Program-made: the position numbers and the translations under genes
Shown: positions 17,115 to 26,839 of the stretch, in pieces
How the letters are laid out: each line of letters starts with the position of its first letter
How positions within the stretch are numbered: the stretch's first letter is position 1
The notes under the pieces: model-generated
Seen by the model: the letters and a program-made list of their open reading frames with translations, nothing else
Told to the model about the DNA's origin: nothing
The model's database searches: none
DNA from: a virus
Lineage: Duplodnaviria; Caudoviricetes
Strand: one strand, 5' to 3'
Length of the DNA stretch: 48,223 nt
IMG/VR virus record: IMGVR_UViG_3300043185_000111
Location: 1-48,223 of that record

Positions 17115-19598
17115 ATGGCGCGGATCCGAGACTTCGCCGGCACGTCGTTTCCCACCGCCACGACGTCGCTTACGCTCGACATGCCTGAGCATGCGGCCGG
17201 CGATTGGCTGTTCGCGTTCCTGAACCGCGACACCGCGGCCACGCCGGGGTTCACCGCACCCTCCGGGTGGCTCCTGATCCGGCAACAAAACTCGGCTGGG
17301 TCATCAAACGCGATGTACGCCAAGTATGCGGCGTCATCGTCGGAGACCGCCGCGTTCACTCACACGTCTGAAACTGGAAACGGTGTCGTCGTGGCGGTGC
17401 GCGATGGAGATCCGCAGGTGGCCTCCGGCACGATCACGCTCGGAGTAAACTCGGGAACCGGTGTGTGGACGCGAAGCAGCGGCGACTTCTCTGCGGATGG
17501 TTTTGTCGTCGGGATGACTGTTTTCATATCCGGCATGACCACCGCGGCTAACAATGGTGCGCGTACGCTCACAGCCGTGGGCACCACGACCTTTACGACG
17601 GCGACGACCGGGCTCGTCACAGAAAGCGGCAGCGGTGACGAGACAGTCGTATCGATGGGGATCGGGGCGAACGCTGCGTCTGGCTCAGACGATTCGACGA
17701 ACCCGCTAACCGGGGTGGGTGTAACCACGCTCTTCGCTAACTCTTTGCTATTGCATTTCCTTGGCGGAGACACGGTGCTAGCTCCGCTCGCGTTGCCCCC
17801 ATGGATCAATCTATATGGCGGCGACGCGGGAGCCGGTGGAATCAATGTCTCCTATTCGGTGGAGCCGGCGGTCACAGCGGTCACCGCGCCCGATCATTGG
17901 GCGGGCGCGGTGGACGACACGCGCGGGCTCATCATCGAGGTGATGCCGGGGCCGAACGATACGCAGGCGCCATACATTCCACTAGATACCGTGCCCGCGA
18001 CGCAGATCACCGCGCTCACGGCGACGGGGAGTATTGACGGTGGAACGCACATCGCCGCTGCGTCGATCGCCATCACGACCGTCGCCGGCAAGACCGTCAC
18101 GGGGATCACGGCGTCTGCCGTGACGGACTCCGGGACCAATGTATTTCGATCCGTGCTCGGCGTCGCCGGGTCGTCGTCGACGACAAATCTGAGTCATTCC
18201 GAGTTCGATTTCACGTCTACAGTTAACGTAACTACTGGGCTCGGGATCGTTTTCGGCACATGGTTTCACGCCGGCCCTCGCGATTACTTTGACAGCGGTA
18301 CGCCCGCGCAAGGCGGCAAGTACGTTCTACTAGGCAGTAGCACGACAGCGTGGCGTGCGTGGGTGGTCGGAGGTTACAAGGCGATCGACGATCTTCCCGA
18401 TGCGCGAAATAACTACGCGATCCAAGTCGGGAATACAGATACCCAGTATGATTCGGCTGGATCGGCCAACTATTCTGCCCTTGATTACATGGCCTGGGGC
18501 TCGTCCGGCTTTCGTGGCGCCCCCGCCATTCGCTGGGGTTCGATGTTCTTGCTCAACGTGTGCGTGCTTGCGGGAGGCACCGCGGACAATCCATTTGACT
18601 TTGACGACCTCGTTTACGTGGTGAACAACGGATGCGGAGTGATCCCGTTGATGCAGCAGGTTGGCCAAGCAGTGCTCGTGTGGACGGCGTTGCAATTCGG
18701 GGGTAACGAAACGATCGGTATATCTTGCAATCTGAATACGTTTCAGATGCCGCGCCGTGCCGACGAATCGAAATACGTCGCGTTCCACGTTGCGCCCAAC
18801 GTGCTCGGGTATGAGTTCTACGGGCTTGACAGCGATGACCTGATCTCGTTTACCAACTGCGTTTTCACGAGCCCGTCGAGTTATTATTGGAGGTTTCACG
18901 CATCTCATGATGCGGATGCGGTGATAGACTTCGCTGGCACATCGGTCGTGAACGCGACCGTCACGCTCCGGTCGACCGTGGTCCTGGACGGAATGTCGTT
19001 CATCGACTGCTCGACGTTTACGCTTAACTCGGCTGAGTTGGCTGAGTGTTCATTCTCTAACACGAAAGTCTCCGCAGCCCAGCCCGGCGACCTCGCCGAT
19101 GTGACTGACTCCACATTCGAGTCGGCGGGCACAGGACATGCGATCGAGATTTCCGGGACCGCCGCGAACGTCACGTTGGACGGGCTCGTTTTCATAGGGT
19201 ACGCGACGTCTAACGGAAGCACCGGCAACGAGGCGATCTACGTAAACATAGGCAGCGGGTCGATGACGATATCTATCGTCGGGGGCGGGAGCGTGCCGTC
19301 CATCCGCACGGCCGGCGCGACGGTCACGGTCGTCAATACGAAATCTTACACGCTCACCAATCTCGTGGCGGGCACAGAGGTGAGGATCTTCCGCGTCTCT
19401 GACGGGGTCGAGCTTGCCGGCGTGGAATCGAGCGGGGCGTCATTTTCCTATGACTACAACTACGTAAGCGATACCGATGTTCGCGTGATCATCCAGAAAG
19501 CCGGATATCTGTGGAGACAGATCTCGGCCACGCTTGGCAACGTCGATCAAACGCAACGAGTATCCCAAGACGTCGATTACAACTATGCTAACCCATGA
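17115..19598 (+). CDS. Large virion structural protein (827 aa)
   Basis: T/G/S-rich, beta-helix-like stretch, C-terminal GTEVRI.......ELAGVE...DYNYANP. Confidence 0.75.
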   Translation: MARIRDFAGTSFPTATTSLTLDMPEHAAGDWLFAFLNRDTAATPGFTAPSGWLLIRQQNSAGSSNAMYAKYAASSSETAAFTHTSETGNGVVVAVRDGDPQVASGTITLGVNSGTGVWTRSSGDFSADGFVVGMTVFISGMTTAANNGARTLTAVGTTTFTTATTGLVTESGSGDETVVSMGIGANAASGSDDSTNPLTGVGVTTLFANSLLLHFLGGDTVLAPLALPPWINLYGGDAGAGGINVSYSVEPAVTAVTAPDHWAGAVDDTRGLIIEVMPGPNDTQAPYIPLDTVPATQITALTATGSIDGGTHIAAASIAITTVAGKTVTGITASAVTDSGTNVFRSVLGVAGSSSTTNLSHSEFDFTSTVNVTTGLGIVFGTWFHAGPRDYFDSGTPAQGGKYVLLGSSTTAWRAWVVGGYKAIDDLPDARNNYAIQVGNTDTQYDSAGSANYSALDYMAWGSSGFRGAPAIRWGSMFLLNVCVLAGGTADNPFDFDDLVYVVNNGCGVIPLMQQVGQAVLVWTALQFGGNETIGISCNLNTFQMPRRADESKYVAFHVAPNVLGYEFYGLDSDDLISFTNCVFTSPSSYYWRFHASHDADAVIDFAGTSVVNATVTLRSTVVLDGMSFIDCSTFTLNSAELAECSFSNTKVSAAQPGDLADVTDSTFESAGTGHAIEISGTAANVTLDGLVFIGYATSNGSTGNEAIYVNIGSGSMTISIVGGGSVPSIRTAGATVTVVNTKSYTLTNLVAGTEVRIFRVSDGVELAGVESSGASFSYDYNYVSDTDVRVIIQKAGYLWRQISATLGNVDQTQRVSQDVDYNYANP

Positions 19599-19821
19599 CA
19601 CCGGTATCGTCGCGGACGTGTACGCGTTGCCCCAGGCGCGGGGGTGCGCCGCGACGGATTGCCCCGCCGTGCTGGCTGCGGGGGATTCGTGTTTCATGGA
19701 CGACAGGACCTCCCGGCGGTATTGCGTGCCTTGCGGGCAGCGTCTGAGGTACCATCGGCGCAGGGCCCTAGAGCGCTCCGGCTCGTTTCCCCTAACCCTC
19801 GACGACGTAGAGAGGCGCTAA
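19585..19821 (+). CDS. Small Cys4 zinc-finger protein
   Basis: CAATDC...YCVPC followed by a basic tail; fills the gap between large ORFs. Confidence 0.55.
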   Translation: MLTHDTGIVADVYALPQARGCAATDCPAVLAAGDSCFMDDRTSRRYCVPCGQRLRYHRRRALERSGSFPLTLDDVERR

Positions 19822-19831
19822 GGAATCAACC

Positions 19832-22558
19832 ATGAGCAAAGTCACCGATCCCGACACGCTCGATCGCTTCCAGGTGTGCATCGATCCCGTCGGGCAGACG
19901 ATCTCCTTGCGGGGGCTCGGCACGCAACGCCATGCCGTAGACACCACGGGGGACTCAGACGGGACCACGACGTTCACCGACGCGGGGGCCAACTTCACGA
20001 CCGATGGTGTCCAGGTTGGCGACGTGCTCACGATCATCTCGGACCCCGCGGAGAACGGTGGGATCATCGGGCATTATCGCGTGAGCAGCGGAATCGGCAC
20101 GACCACGCTCGTGGTCGACAGGGCGATCCCGGCGAGCACGTCCGCGAACCTGACGTACAAGATCAACGCGCCTCAAACGGTTGGTTCGGCGACGCCGCAG
20201 GTCGCCGACGGCGTCATGCTCGACGTGTTGTATTCATTCCTGATCGAGGAATGGATCTCGCTAGCGTCGGGTCTGGGTAACGCAGAGGACCTCAACCAGT
20301 TCACCTTCCCGCTGAAGCCGGTCCCCGCGACCGTCGGGCAGTACGTCATGGGCGGCGTCAACGGCGACGCGTCGAGCGCGTGGGCGTTTGCGAGCCAGAA
20401 CGGAACGATCGCTACAGACCTCGAAGGTGTGCCGCGCGAGCTGGTCCGCGACGGTGGATGGGCGGAGCGGAACGCCGCCGATCTCGTGCTCCGAGAGTAC
20501 CCGAACGTCACGACGCTCGGCACGTTCGATGACGATGCTCAGGCCAACTACCAGCAAGGCGATGCGACCGGGACGCCGGCGAACTTTCGTCTTCCGGGCC
20601 CGGTGAACCAGGCGATCTTGACGTTCGGCCCGCCTATCACGCCGACGAACATCGCTTTCACCGCGACGACGATCACGAGGTCCGCGGGGTCGTGGATCTC
20701 GGACGGGTATCGGGTCGGGGATCGCGTAACGATTCGATCGGCCGAGGACGCGGGTAATATCGGCAACTTCGGACCGATCACCTCAATCACGGCCACCGTG
20801 ATCACGATCGCATCTGCGGCGTTCACGTCCAACACGGACGACGATACAGCCACGTTCCTCGTCGACCATCGTCGATACACGGTCCTTCGCGGTCGCAAGA
20901 AAGGGCGTTTTTACGCGAGCGCCGGACACGACGATGCCGGCATTCCGGCGACAGGCATCCTGCCGCTCGTGAACAAGTTTCCGCTCGGCCATTCCGAGGA
21001 CGTGGCGATCACGCTCGACGATGGCCTGCTTTCGGGCGGCGATGACACCGGAACTTCGGTGTTCCAAAACAACGAACCGCACCAAGGCAATACGAACGGC
21101 GCTACTACGTCTGTCGACGGGAGCACGTTCACGTTCACGTCGAGCGGTGCGACGTTCACGGCGACCGCGCGTAGTGTCCAGATCCTCCGTCCCGGGGACG
21201 TGTTGCAGATTGAAAGCGGCGGCTACCAGGGGTATTACGAGATATCCTCGATCGATTCCGCTACGCAACTCACGTGCTACAAAGAGCCGCTGCGCACGTA
21301 TCCCGGTAACGAAACGGCACTCACTTACACAGTGCACACGGGCATTCGGGATACCGGGGCCGCGAACGCGACGCTAGCCAATGTTTCTGGCGCCACGGGA
21401 ACACTGACGTCGTCGGGGTCGACGTTCGACGCGAACAACGGGCTCGGGGATCGCACGGTCGTTGCCGGGGACATCGTGGAGGTGTACGCCGGAACCAATG
21501 CCGTCATCGGCTACTATAAGGTGATATCGGTCGATTCGGCGACGGTGCTCACGCTCAACACAAGCGACCAAATCTTCGGTGGGCAGACAAATCAAACCTA
21601 TCGGATCTGGCGGCCGGGTATGTTTCTCCAACGCTTTGAAACGAATGTCGTGATGGCGGGGGCGACCAACATGAACTTCAACGGCGCCGGAAACCCCGAC
21701 ACGATGACCCGCACGGGCGGGTCGTGGGTGACGGATGGCTTCACGGCTGGTATGGCGATCTCGATCCTCGCGGCCGAGGATACCGCGAACATTGGTGAAT
21801 ACATCATCGCGGGTACGCCAACCGCCACTGTCGTGACCCTCATCGCCGAGGAATCTCTGACCACGAACGCGGCCGATACGATAGCGATCAACGGCAACGT
21901 CACGGGCGACACGGGCATCGTTCGCACGATCAACTCCGTCGGCTACCCGTTCCATTGGAGACTCTTCGTCAACGGCGGCACGCTCTCTCAGGCATACCAG
22001 TTCCTCGCCATGCAGGAACGTCGCGCTTATGACATCGATGGCGGGAACGGGCTCGCGCGGGGAGACATCACCGATCTGCTCATGTCGTATGTTTCACCGA
22101 ACGGTGTCGCGCTCGACCTGTTCCCCGATGATCTCAGCTCGGCGGAGTTGAACAACGTCACCTATCAGGACCTCACGGGAGACAATCGAAACAATCCGTT
22201 CCTGGTGGGTCTCAGCATCATACCGAACGCCGACCTAATAGGGTCGACGATCAAGCGCATCACGCTCTACTTTGACAGCGTTCCAAGCGGCGACTTCGAC
22301 AGTAACGACGCTATCATCATTGACGACTCGTCGGGCACCGATATGAACTTCACAGCGTTCACGGGCACGATCAACGTCGTGTATGATTACACGAACAACG
22401 CTCAGGGCGGGCGCACGCCGAATACGGATGCAGATTACGTACTCGTCGCGTATTCGAACGGGGCCGTGCCGACGAAACTCGCGGGCACGATTACGCGGGT
22501 CAACTCGATACCGATCCCGGTGCAGCCCGCCAAGGAGTTCAACTACGCGAACGCGTAG
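19832..22558 (+). CDS. Large virion structural protein (908 aa) with ~5 repeated modules
   Basis: SD AAGGA; N-terminal VTDPD.L; repeats T.T.....F..DG...GD...I.....N.G.Y.(I/V); ends FNYANA. Confidence 0.8.
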   Translation: MSKVTDPDTLDRFQVCIDPVGQTISLRGLGTQRHAVDTTGDSDGTTTFTDAGANFTTDGVQVGDVLTIISDPAENGGIIGHYRVSSGIGTTTLVVDRAIPASTSANLTYKINAPQTVGSATPQVADGVMLDVLYSFLIEEWISLASGLGNAEDLNQFTFPLKPVPATVGQYVMGGVNGDASSAWAFASQNGTIATDLEGVPRELVRDGGWAERNAADLVLREYPNVTTLGTFDDDAQANYQQGDATGTPANFRLPGPVNQAILTFGPPITPTNIAFTATTITRSAGSWISDGYRVGDRVTIRSAEDAGNIGNFGPITSITATVITIASAAFTSNTDDDTATFLVDHRRYTVLRGRKKGRFYASAGHDDAGIPATGILPLVNKFPLGHSEDVAITLDDGLLSGGDDTGTSVFQNNEPHQGNTNGATTSVDGSTFTFTSSGATFTATARSVQILRPGDVLQIESGGYQGYYEISSIDSATQLTCYKEPLRTYPGNETALTYTVHTGIRDTGAANATLANVSGATGTLTSSGSTFDANNGLGDRTVVAGDIVEVYAGTNAVIGYYKVISVDSATVLTLNTSDQIFGGQTNQTYRIWRPGMFLQRFETNVVMAGATNMNFNGAGNPDTMTRTGGSWVTDGFTAGMAISILAAEDTANIGEYIIAGTPTATVVTLIAEESLTTNAADTIAINGNVTGDTGIVRTINSVGYPFHWRLFVNGGTLSQAYQFLAMQERRAYDIDGGNGLARGDITDLLMSYVSPNGVALDLFPDDLSSAELNNVTYQDLTGDNRNNPFLVGLSIIPNADLIGSTIKRITLYFDSVPSGDFDSNDAIIIDDSSGTDMNFTAFTGTINVVYDYTNNAQGGRTPNTDADYVLVAYSNGAVPTKLAGTITRVNSIPIPVQPAKEFNYANA

Positions 22559-22572
22559 ATGGGCCGCCGCAT

Positions 22573-23283
22573 ATGGCGATGGCCAAGTTCACGGTCGACC
22601 CGTCTGCCAAGCTGTTCATCGCTAAGGTCGGAGTGTCTGCTTTCAATGTGCGCGTAGATCTTTATAGTGACGCCATCGAGCACTGGATCGACGACGACGC
22701 TACGCGTAAGTTCACGTTTCCGCTCAACGCTGTGGGGGGCGTGAGCATCGACGTCAGCGCGGGGACCTCGGTTCCGAGTTACGTGTTTCTATTGCATGGT
22801 TGGAGAATCCGGCCGCGCGAAGCGTCCCATACTCTAGAGGTCAGCGGAGGAGTGATCCTCGTGGACGGCGGGGGTGACCCGTTCGTCGACACACTTGGGG
22901 CGTACACAGTGCGCGTATTGTATCAGCAGCCGGTGCAAGCGATCGGAGTCTCGACGGGAGCGTCGTCTGCGGGGGTCGACGTTTTGGTGTCCGCCGTGGC
23001 CAGTCGCGCGAACCCTGCCGACGTCAGGCTTTTCGTCGCGTTGCATCGAAACGGTCAACTCGTAGTGTCTCCGTCGAGCGCGACGATCTCGATGAAAACG
23101 CCATCCGGTGTGGTGCTGATACCCGACGCGGCGATGACGGGGCCTAACGCCGATGGCGTGTTCTATCGAGACGTGACCGGCGTGTCGTTAGCTCACCTCA
23201 CCAACTACTACTGTGACGTGACGGTCGTCGACGCCGTGGGCGCCGTGCGCCAGGTCGGGGTGACCCCGACGATCGGAGGTTAG
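22573..23283 (+). CDS. Virion structural protein
   Basis: DLYS..EHW, AVGG..I, Y.FL..GWRIRP.EA.HTL.V.G. Confidence 0.7.
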   Translation: MAMAKFTVDPSAKLFIAKVGVSAFNVRVDLYSDAIEHWIDDDATRKFTFPLNAVGGVSIDVSAGTSVPSYVFLLHGWRIRPREASHTLEVSGGVILVDGGGDPFVDTLGAYTVRVLYQQPVQAIGVSTGASSAGVDVLVSAVASRANPADVRLFVALHRNGQLVVSPSSATISMKTPSGVVLIPDAAMTGPNADGVFYRDVTGVSLAHLTNYYCDVTVVDAVGAVRQVGVTPTIGG

Positions 23284-23285
23284 AT

Positions 23286-23609
23286 TTGGCGACCATGTTC
23301 CCATCGGGAAACCGCGTGTATCCCATCGTGCGGATTCCGGCGCTCCACCAGGTCTCGGCTGCGGGATCGCTTACCGTCGACGCCGGCATCGTAGATTGGA
23401 GCATGGACGTGCAACCGCCCGATGTGACGGTCGACACGACCCCGGCGGTCTATGATGTCGACATATGGAATAACGGGTTGGACGTCGACGTGTCTGCGCC
23501 TGACGCGTCGATCGACGTAGCACACGTGGAGGCTGGCATAGATGTCGCGTCGAACGATGGCGGCGTCGATGTGACGACTCCGGAGGTCGCCGTGAAGGCG
23601 GGGTGTTGA
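23286..23609 (+). CDS. Small acidic protein with 9-residue D-V repeats
   Basis: Periodic repeats; GGAGG upstream; alternative start ATG 23295. Confidence 0.65.
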   Translation: MATMFPSGNRVYPIVRIPALHQVSAAGSLTVDAGIVDWSMDVQPPDVTVDTTPAVYDVDIWNNGLDVDVSAPDASIDVAHVEAGIDVASNDGGVDVTTPEVAVKAGC

Positions 23610-23635
23610 CCCGCTACGATCGGCGCTGCTAGATT
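23606..23635 (+). promoter_or_regulatory. Promoter TTGACC-N18-TAGATT with extended -10 TG
   Basis: Near-consensus -35 and TGcTAGATT, 8 nt before ATG 23644. Confidence 0.55.
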
Positions 23636-23643
23636 TGAACGCG

Positions 23644-24054
23644 ATGAAGTACAACTTCAACGATACGCTAGATCGCCTGTGCGGTGCTCCGCTGACAGCG
23701 AAGTTTTGCGGAATGCATTTCCAGGGAGACCAGACCGACGAGGCCGCCGTCAAGGCGTGGGCAGACGACCCCGTCGTGATCGGAGATCTGCTGGCACATT
23801 TCATTCTTGACGTGGTCGAGGTCGAGAGCAGGGACGCACGCGGAATGCCGATCCCCAGGAAGGTCTCGGATAAGGAGAAGTTTGAGCGTTTTCAGCTCGC
23901 CGAGAAGATCTACGGGAGGGGAACGAATGGGATCGTAGACATCACCGAGAGCGAGCGTCAGTTGCTCAAGCGCCAAGCAGACGTGGCGGGTAACGCCGAG
24001 TTGATGGGTTTGGTTTGGCGCTGGCTTGAAGCCCCCATCATGGTGAAGGAATAA
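23644..24054 (+). CDS. Hypothetical phage protein (possible fibre chaperone)
   Basis: EKF.RF.LAEKI......V.IT..E..LLK pattern. Confidence 0.65.
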   Translation: MKYNFNDTLDRLCGAPLTAKFCGMHFQGDQTDEAAVKAWADDPVVIGDLLAHFILDVVEVESRDARGMPIPRKVSDKEKFERFQLAEKIYGRGTNGIVDITESERQLLKRQADVAGNAELMGLVWRWLEAPIMVKE

Positions 24055-24441
24055 GTGCCGAACCTCGACGTCAGATCGTTGCTTTACGAGTCGGAACTGC
24101 GGCTCGCGGGAGGCGTTGTCGTTGAACGACAGTCCCGGGGCGCGACATCTGACGCCTACGGCAACGCAGCGCGTCCGCCGATGGTGCTCGTGACCTTCGA
24201 TCCGGTCGTGATCCACACCAGCAATGGCCGAGATCTTCAGCGCCTCGCCGAGCATGACCGAGTCGTCGAGCATATCACCGGATACTCGGAGGCGCGTACC
24301 CACACCGCGTCCGTGACTTATGAGCCGGACGTCGTACGGTACGCGGATCGGCGCTGGCGCGTCGACAGCGTCCAAGATTACGGGACGCAGGGCGGCGTGT
24401 TCATCTGGACCGCGGCCCTGATCGAGGATGGCGCCCCGTGA
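24055..24441 (+). CDS. Head closure / head-tail joining protein
   Basis: G.DLQRL.E.DR, PD.V.Y....W.V..V.DY; position. Confidence 0.7.
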   Translation: MPNLDVRSLLYESELRLAGGVVVERQSRGATSDAYGNAARPPMVLVTFDPVVIHTSNGRDLQRLAEHDRVVEHITGYSEARTHTASVTYEPDVVRYADRRWRVDSVQDYGTQGGVFIWTAALIEDGAP

Positions 24442-25301
24442 GCGCGAACCTTCGGCTCGACCTGCTCCAGCTCGCCATCGTCGCGCAGATACGAGAGGCG
24501 CTGCCGGCGGGTAGCCCCGTCAACTGGACGGCTCAGGTGCCTGCGCCGCCCGCGAGCGCTTCGTTGCCCTTCGCTACGCTGAACATCCTCGCGGGGCCGT
24601 CGCATGTGCATCGCGGGGGGGTTCAGGGGAAGTCGATGAACTTGCCCGACACCGTCACGCTCACCGTGACCGCCGCGACCGTCGGCGCGAGATGCTTCGT
24701 GCGCATCAACGGCGTGTCTTACTGGGAGGATGTCGTGGCGGGCGACACGACGATGACGGTGCGTAATCGGCTGCTCGCTACGTTTCAAGGAGTCGGCGGG
24801 GTCGGCGACGATGTGGACGCTGTGGCGAGCGGCGGTTCGGCGATCGTGCTGACGCCTGGGTCGCCCGGGGCAATCTGGGATCTCAAGGTGCTCGGCCCTA
24901 TCAGCGGGGCGGTCGGCGACCTGGTTCCGTACAAGGTCACGGAGTCGCAGCGACGCGTGACAGTGACCATTCAAGTTTTCTCGCGCGCTACGGTGATCTA
25001 CCAGGGTGCGTTGTTTCACATGAGCAACATTGTTGCGGCGCTTGAACGGCCTGACGTCGCGCAGTCGTTCGCGGACCGCGGGATCGCCATCTGGGGGAGG
25101 GGCCCTGTCGTGCCGGTGACCGCTTTGGTGGGTACGACGACGTGGGAGAGTCGCGCTGCCATAGACGTTGATTTCGCGCTACGCTCCGTCATCGTGCAGC
25201 CGGTCGGGACCATCGGCAGGGCTGACGTAACGTACCAGGGAACTTTCTCACTCGACGGTCCCGTCGTTCACACCGATTCGATCACGGTCCAGGAACCTTA
25301 G
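24438..25301 (+). CDS. Tail terminator/neck protein with inserted domain
   Basis: P.P...PFATL, R..TV.IQ.F, WE.RA.IDV.F; directly before sheath. Confidence 0.7.
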   Translation: MSANLRLDLLQLAIVAQIREALPAGSPVNWTAQVPAPPASASLPFATLNILAGPSHVHRGGVQGKSMNLPDTVTLTVTAATVGARCFVRINGVSYWEDVVAGDTTMTVRNRLLATFQGVGGVGDDVDAVASGGSAIVLTPGSPGAIWDLKVLGPISGAVGDLVPYKVTESQRRVTVTIQVFSRATVIYQGALFHMSNIVAALERPDVAQSFADRGIAIWGRGPVVPVTALVGTTTWESRAAIDVDFALRSVIVQPVGTIGRADVTYQGTFSLDGPVVHTDSITVQEP

Positions 25302-25322
25302 ACCGCTCAGGAGCACCACTTC

Positions 25323-26828
25323 ATGCCGTCCCTTCCGATCGCTCATTTCGTCGACGTTTCGGTCGCAGTCGGAGGCGCGGCCATCGACCGGTTCTCGTTC
25401 GGGCGCCCGATGGGCGTCTTCGAGCATACCGTGACGGCCAACCGTCAAGACGGGCCGTATTCGACGGCAGCCGAGGTCGCCACCGCAGGTTTTGCGACGT
25501 CATCGGAACCGTACAAGTGGGCGAACACGGTTTTCTCCCAGTCGCCCGCGCCAGATGCCGTGATGATCGGGCGCAAGATCGCAGCGGGAGGGGACCCGGT
25601 CGGGGAGTTCTGGCAGGTCGACGACACGCCGTCAGGCACGGCGTTCGTGAACGAGACCGTGGACGCGAACGATGTCGGGACCGCGGACGTGACGGTGTTT
25701 CCCGCGACCGAGGCGGTGGGAGACTTCTGCGCGATCGGCCACAACGAGAAGTTCGCCAAGGTCACATTCAACTACGCGGGAGGAACGGCGGGGATCGGCG
25801 GTGTCGTCGTATGGGAGTATTGGGACGGAACTGCGTGGGCAGCGTTGACGGGAGTCACGGATAACACGACCGGTTTCACGGCCGCCGTGGCGAACGGGCT
25901 GACGCTGACCTTCACGATCCCGACAGATTGGGCCCGAAGGACCATCAGCACGGGAACGAGTCTCTATTTCATCCGAGCGCGGATCACGACCGTGTATACG
26001 ACGAATCCGGTTTTGGACCAGGTGTTCATCGCGGGTGACGTGGGGTTCGACAGCGCCCTCACGGCGATCGAAGCGGACGACCCGGATTCGTGGTATGCGA
26101 CAACCATCGGCTCGCGCGCAGACGCGGACATCCTCGCGGCCGCCGCGTGGATGGAATCACGTACCAAAATCTTCGTCGCGCAGTCGGACGACCCCGATCT
26201 TCCGGCCGGGGTCGGGGGCAACATCGCGGACCAACTTCAGGCGCTCAACTACAATCAAACCGCGTTGATCTACCACGCGCTGGACGCCGAATACCTCGAC
26301 GGCGCGTGGGCGGGGAGGGGCAGCGCGCTGAACCTCGACGTACCTGACGGCGTAGGCACCTGGGGACTCAAGCAGCTCGCGGGCGTGACCGTCGATTCGC
26401 TCGGGACGTCTCAGGCGACCGCGATTTGGGCGGACAACGCCAACCTGTACGGGTCTCTGAAGGGGATCAACTTCACCGCCGATGGCACGATGGCGTCGGC
26501 GCGATTCATCGACATCACCACGACAAATCATTGGTTCGAGGTGCGTCTTCAAGAGGAGATCCTAGCAACACTGGTCGGAGCGACGACGAACATCGATTAC
26601 GACCAGACCGGATTGAATCTGATCGGCGCGGCGATCCAGGCCGTGTGCGACCGCGGCGTTTTGTACGGACACTTCAATGGCGACGACTCTCCTCCCCTCG
26701 TCAAGATTCCGAAGTTTTCGACGATCAGCACGCAAGACAAGACCGATCGCAAGGCGACGTACATCGTCAATGTCACCTACAGGAACTCGATCCAGACCGT
26801 TGTGATCGCGGTGAATGCCAGCTTCTAG
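25323..26828 (+). CDS. Tail sheath protein (DUF3383-like)
   Basis: GF...S..YK.A...FSQ.P.P, TW..KQL.GV, G.MA..RFID....WF. Confidence 0.88.
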   Translation: MPSLPIAHFVDVSVAVGGAAIDRFSFGRPMGVFEHTVTANRQDGPYSTAAEVATAGFATSSEPYKWANTVFSQSPAPDAVMIGRKIAAGGDPVGEFWQVDDTPSGTAFVNETVDANDVGTADVTVFPATEAVGDFCAIGHNEKFAKVTFNYAGGTAGIGGVVVWEYWDGTAWAALTGVTDNTTGFTAAVANGLTLTFTIPTDWARRTISTGTSLYFIRARITTVYTTNPVLDQVFIAGDVGFDSALTAIEADDPDSWYATTIGSRADADILAAAAWMESRTKIFVAQSDDPDLPAGVGGNIADQLQALNYNQTALIYHALDAEYLDGAWAGRGSALNLDVPDGVGTWGLKQLAGVTVDSLGTSQATAIWADNANLYGSLKGINFTADGTMASARFIDITTTNHWFEVRLQEEILATLVGATTNIDYDQTGLNLIGAAIQAVCDRGVLYGHFNGDDSPPLVKIPKFSTISTQDKTDRKATYIVNVTYRNSIQTVVIAVNASF

Positions 26829-26839
26829 GAGTCTCCATC

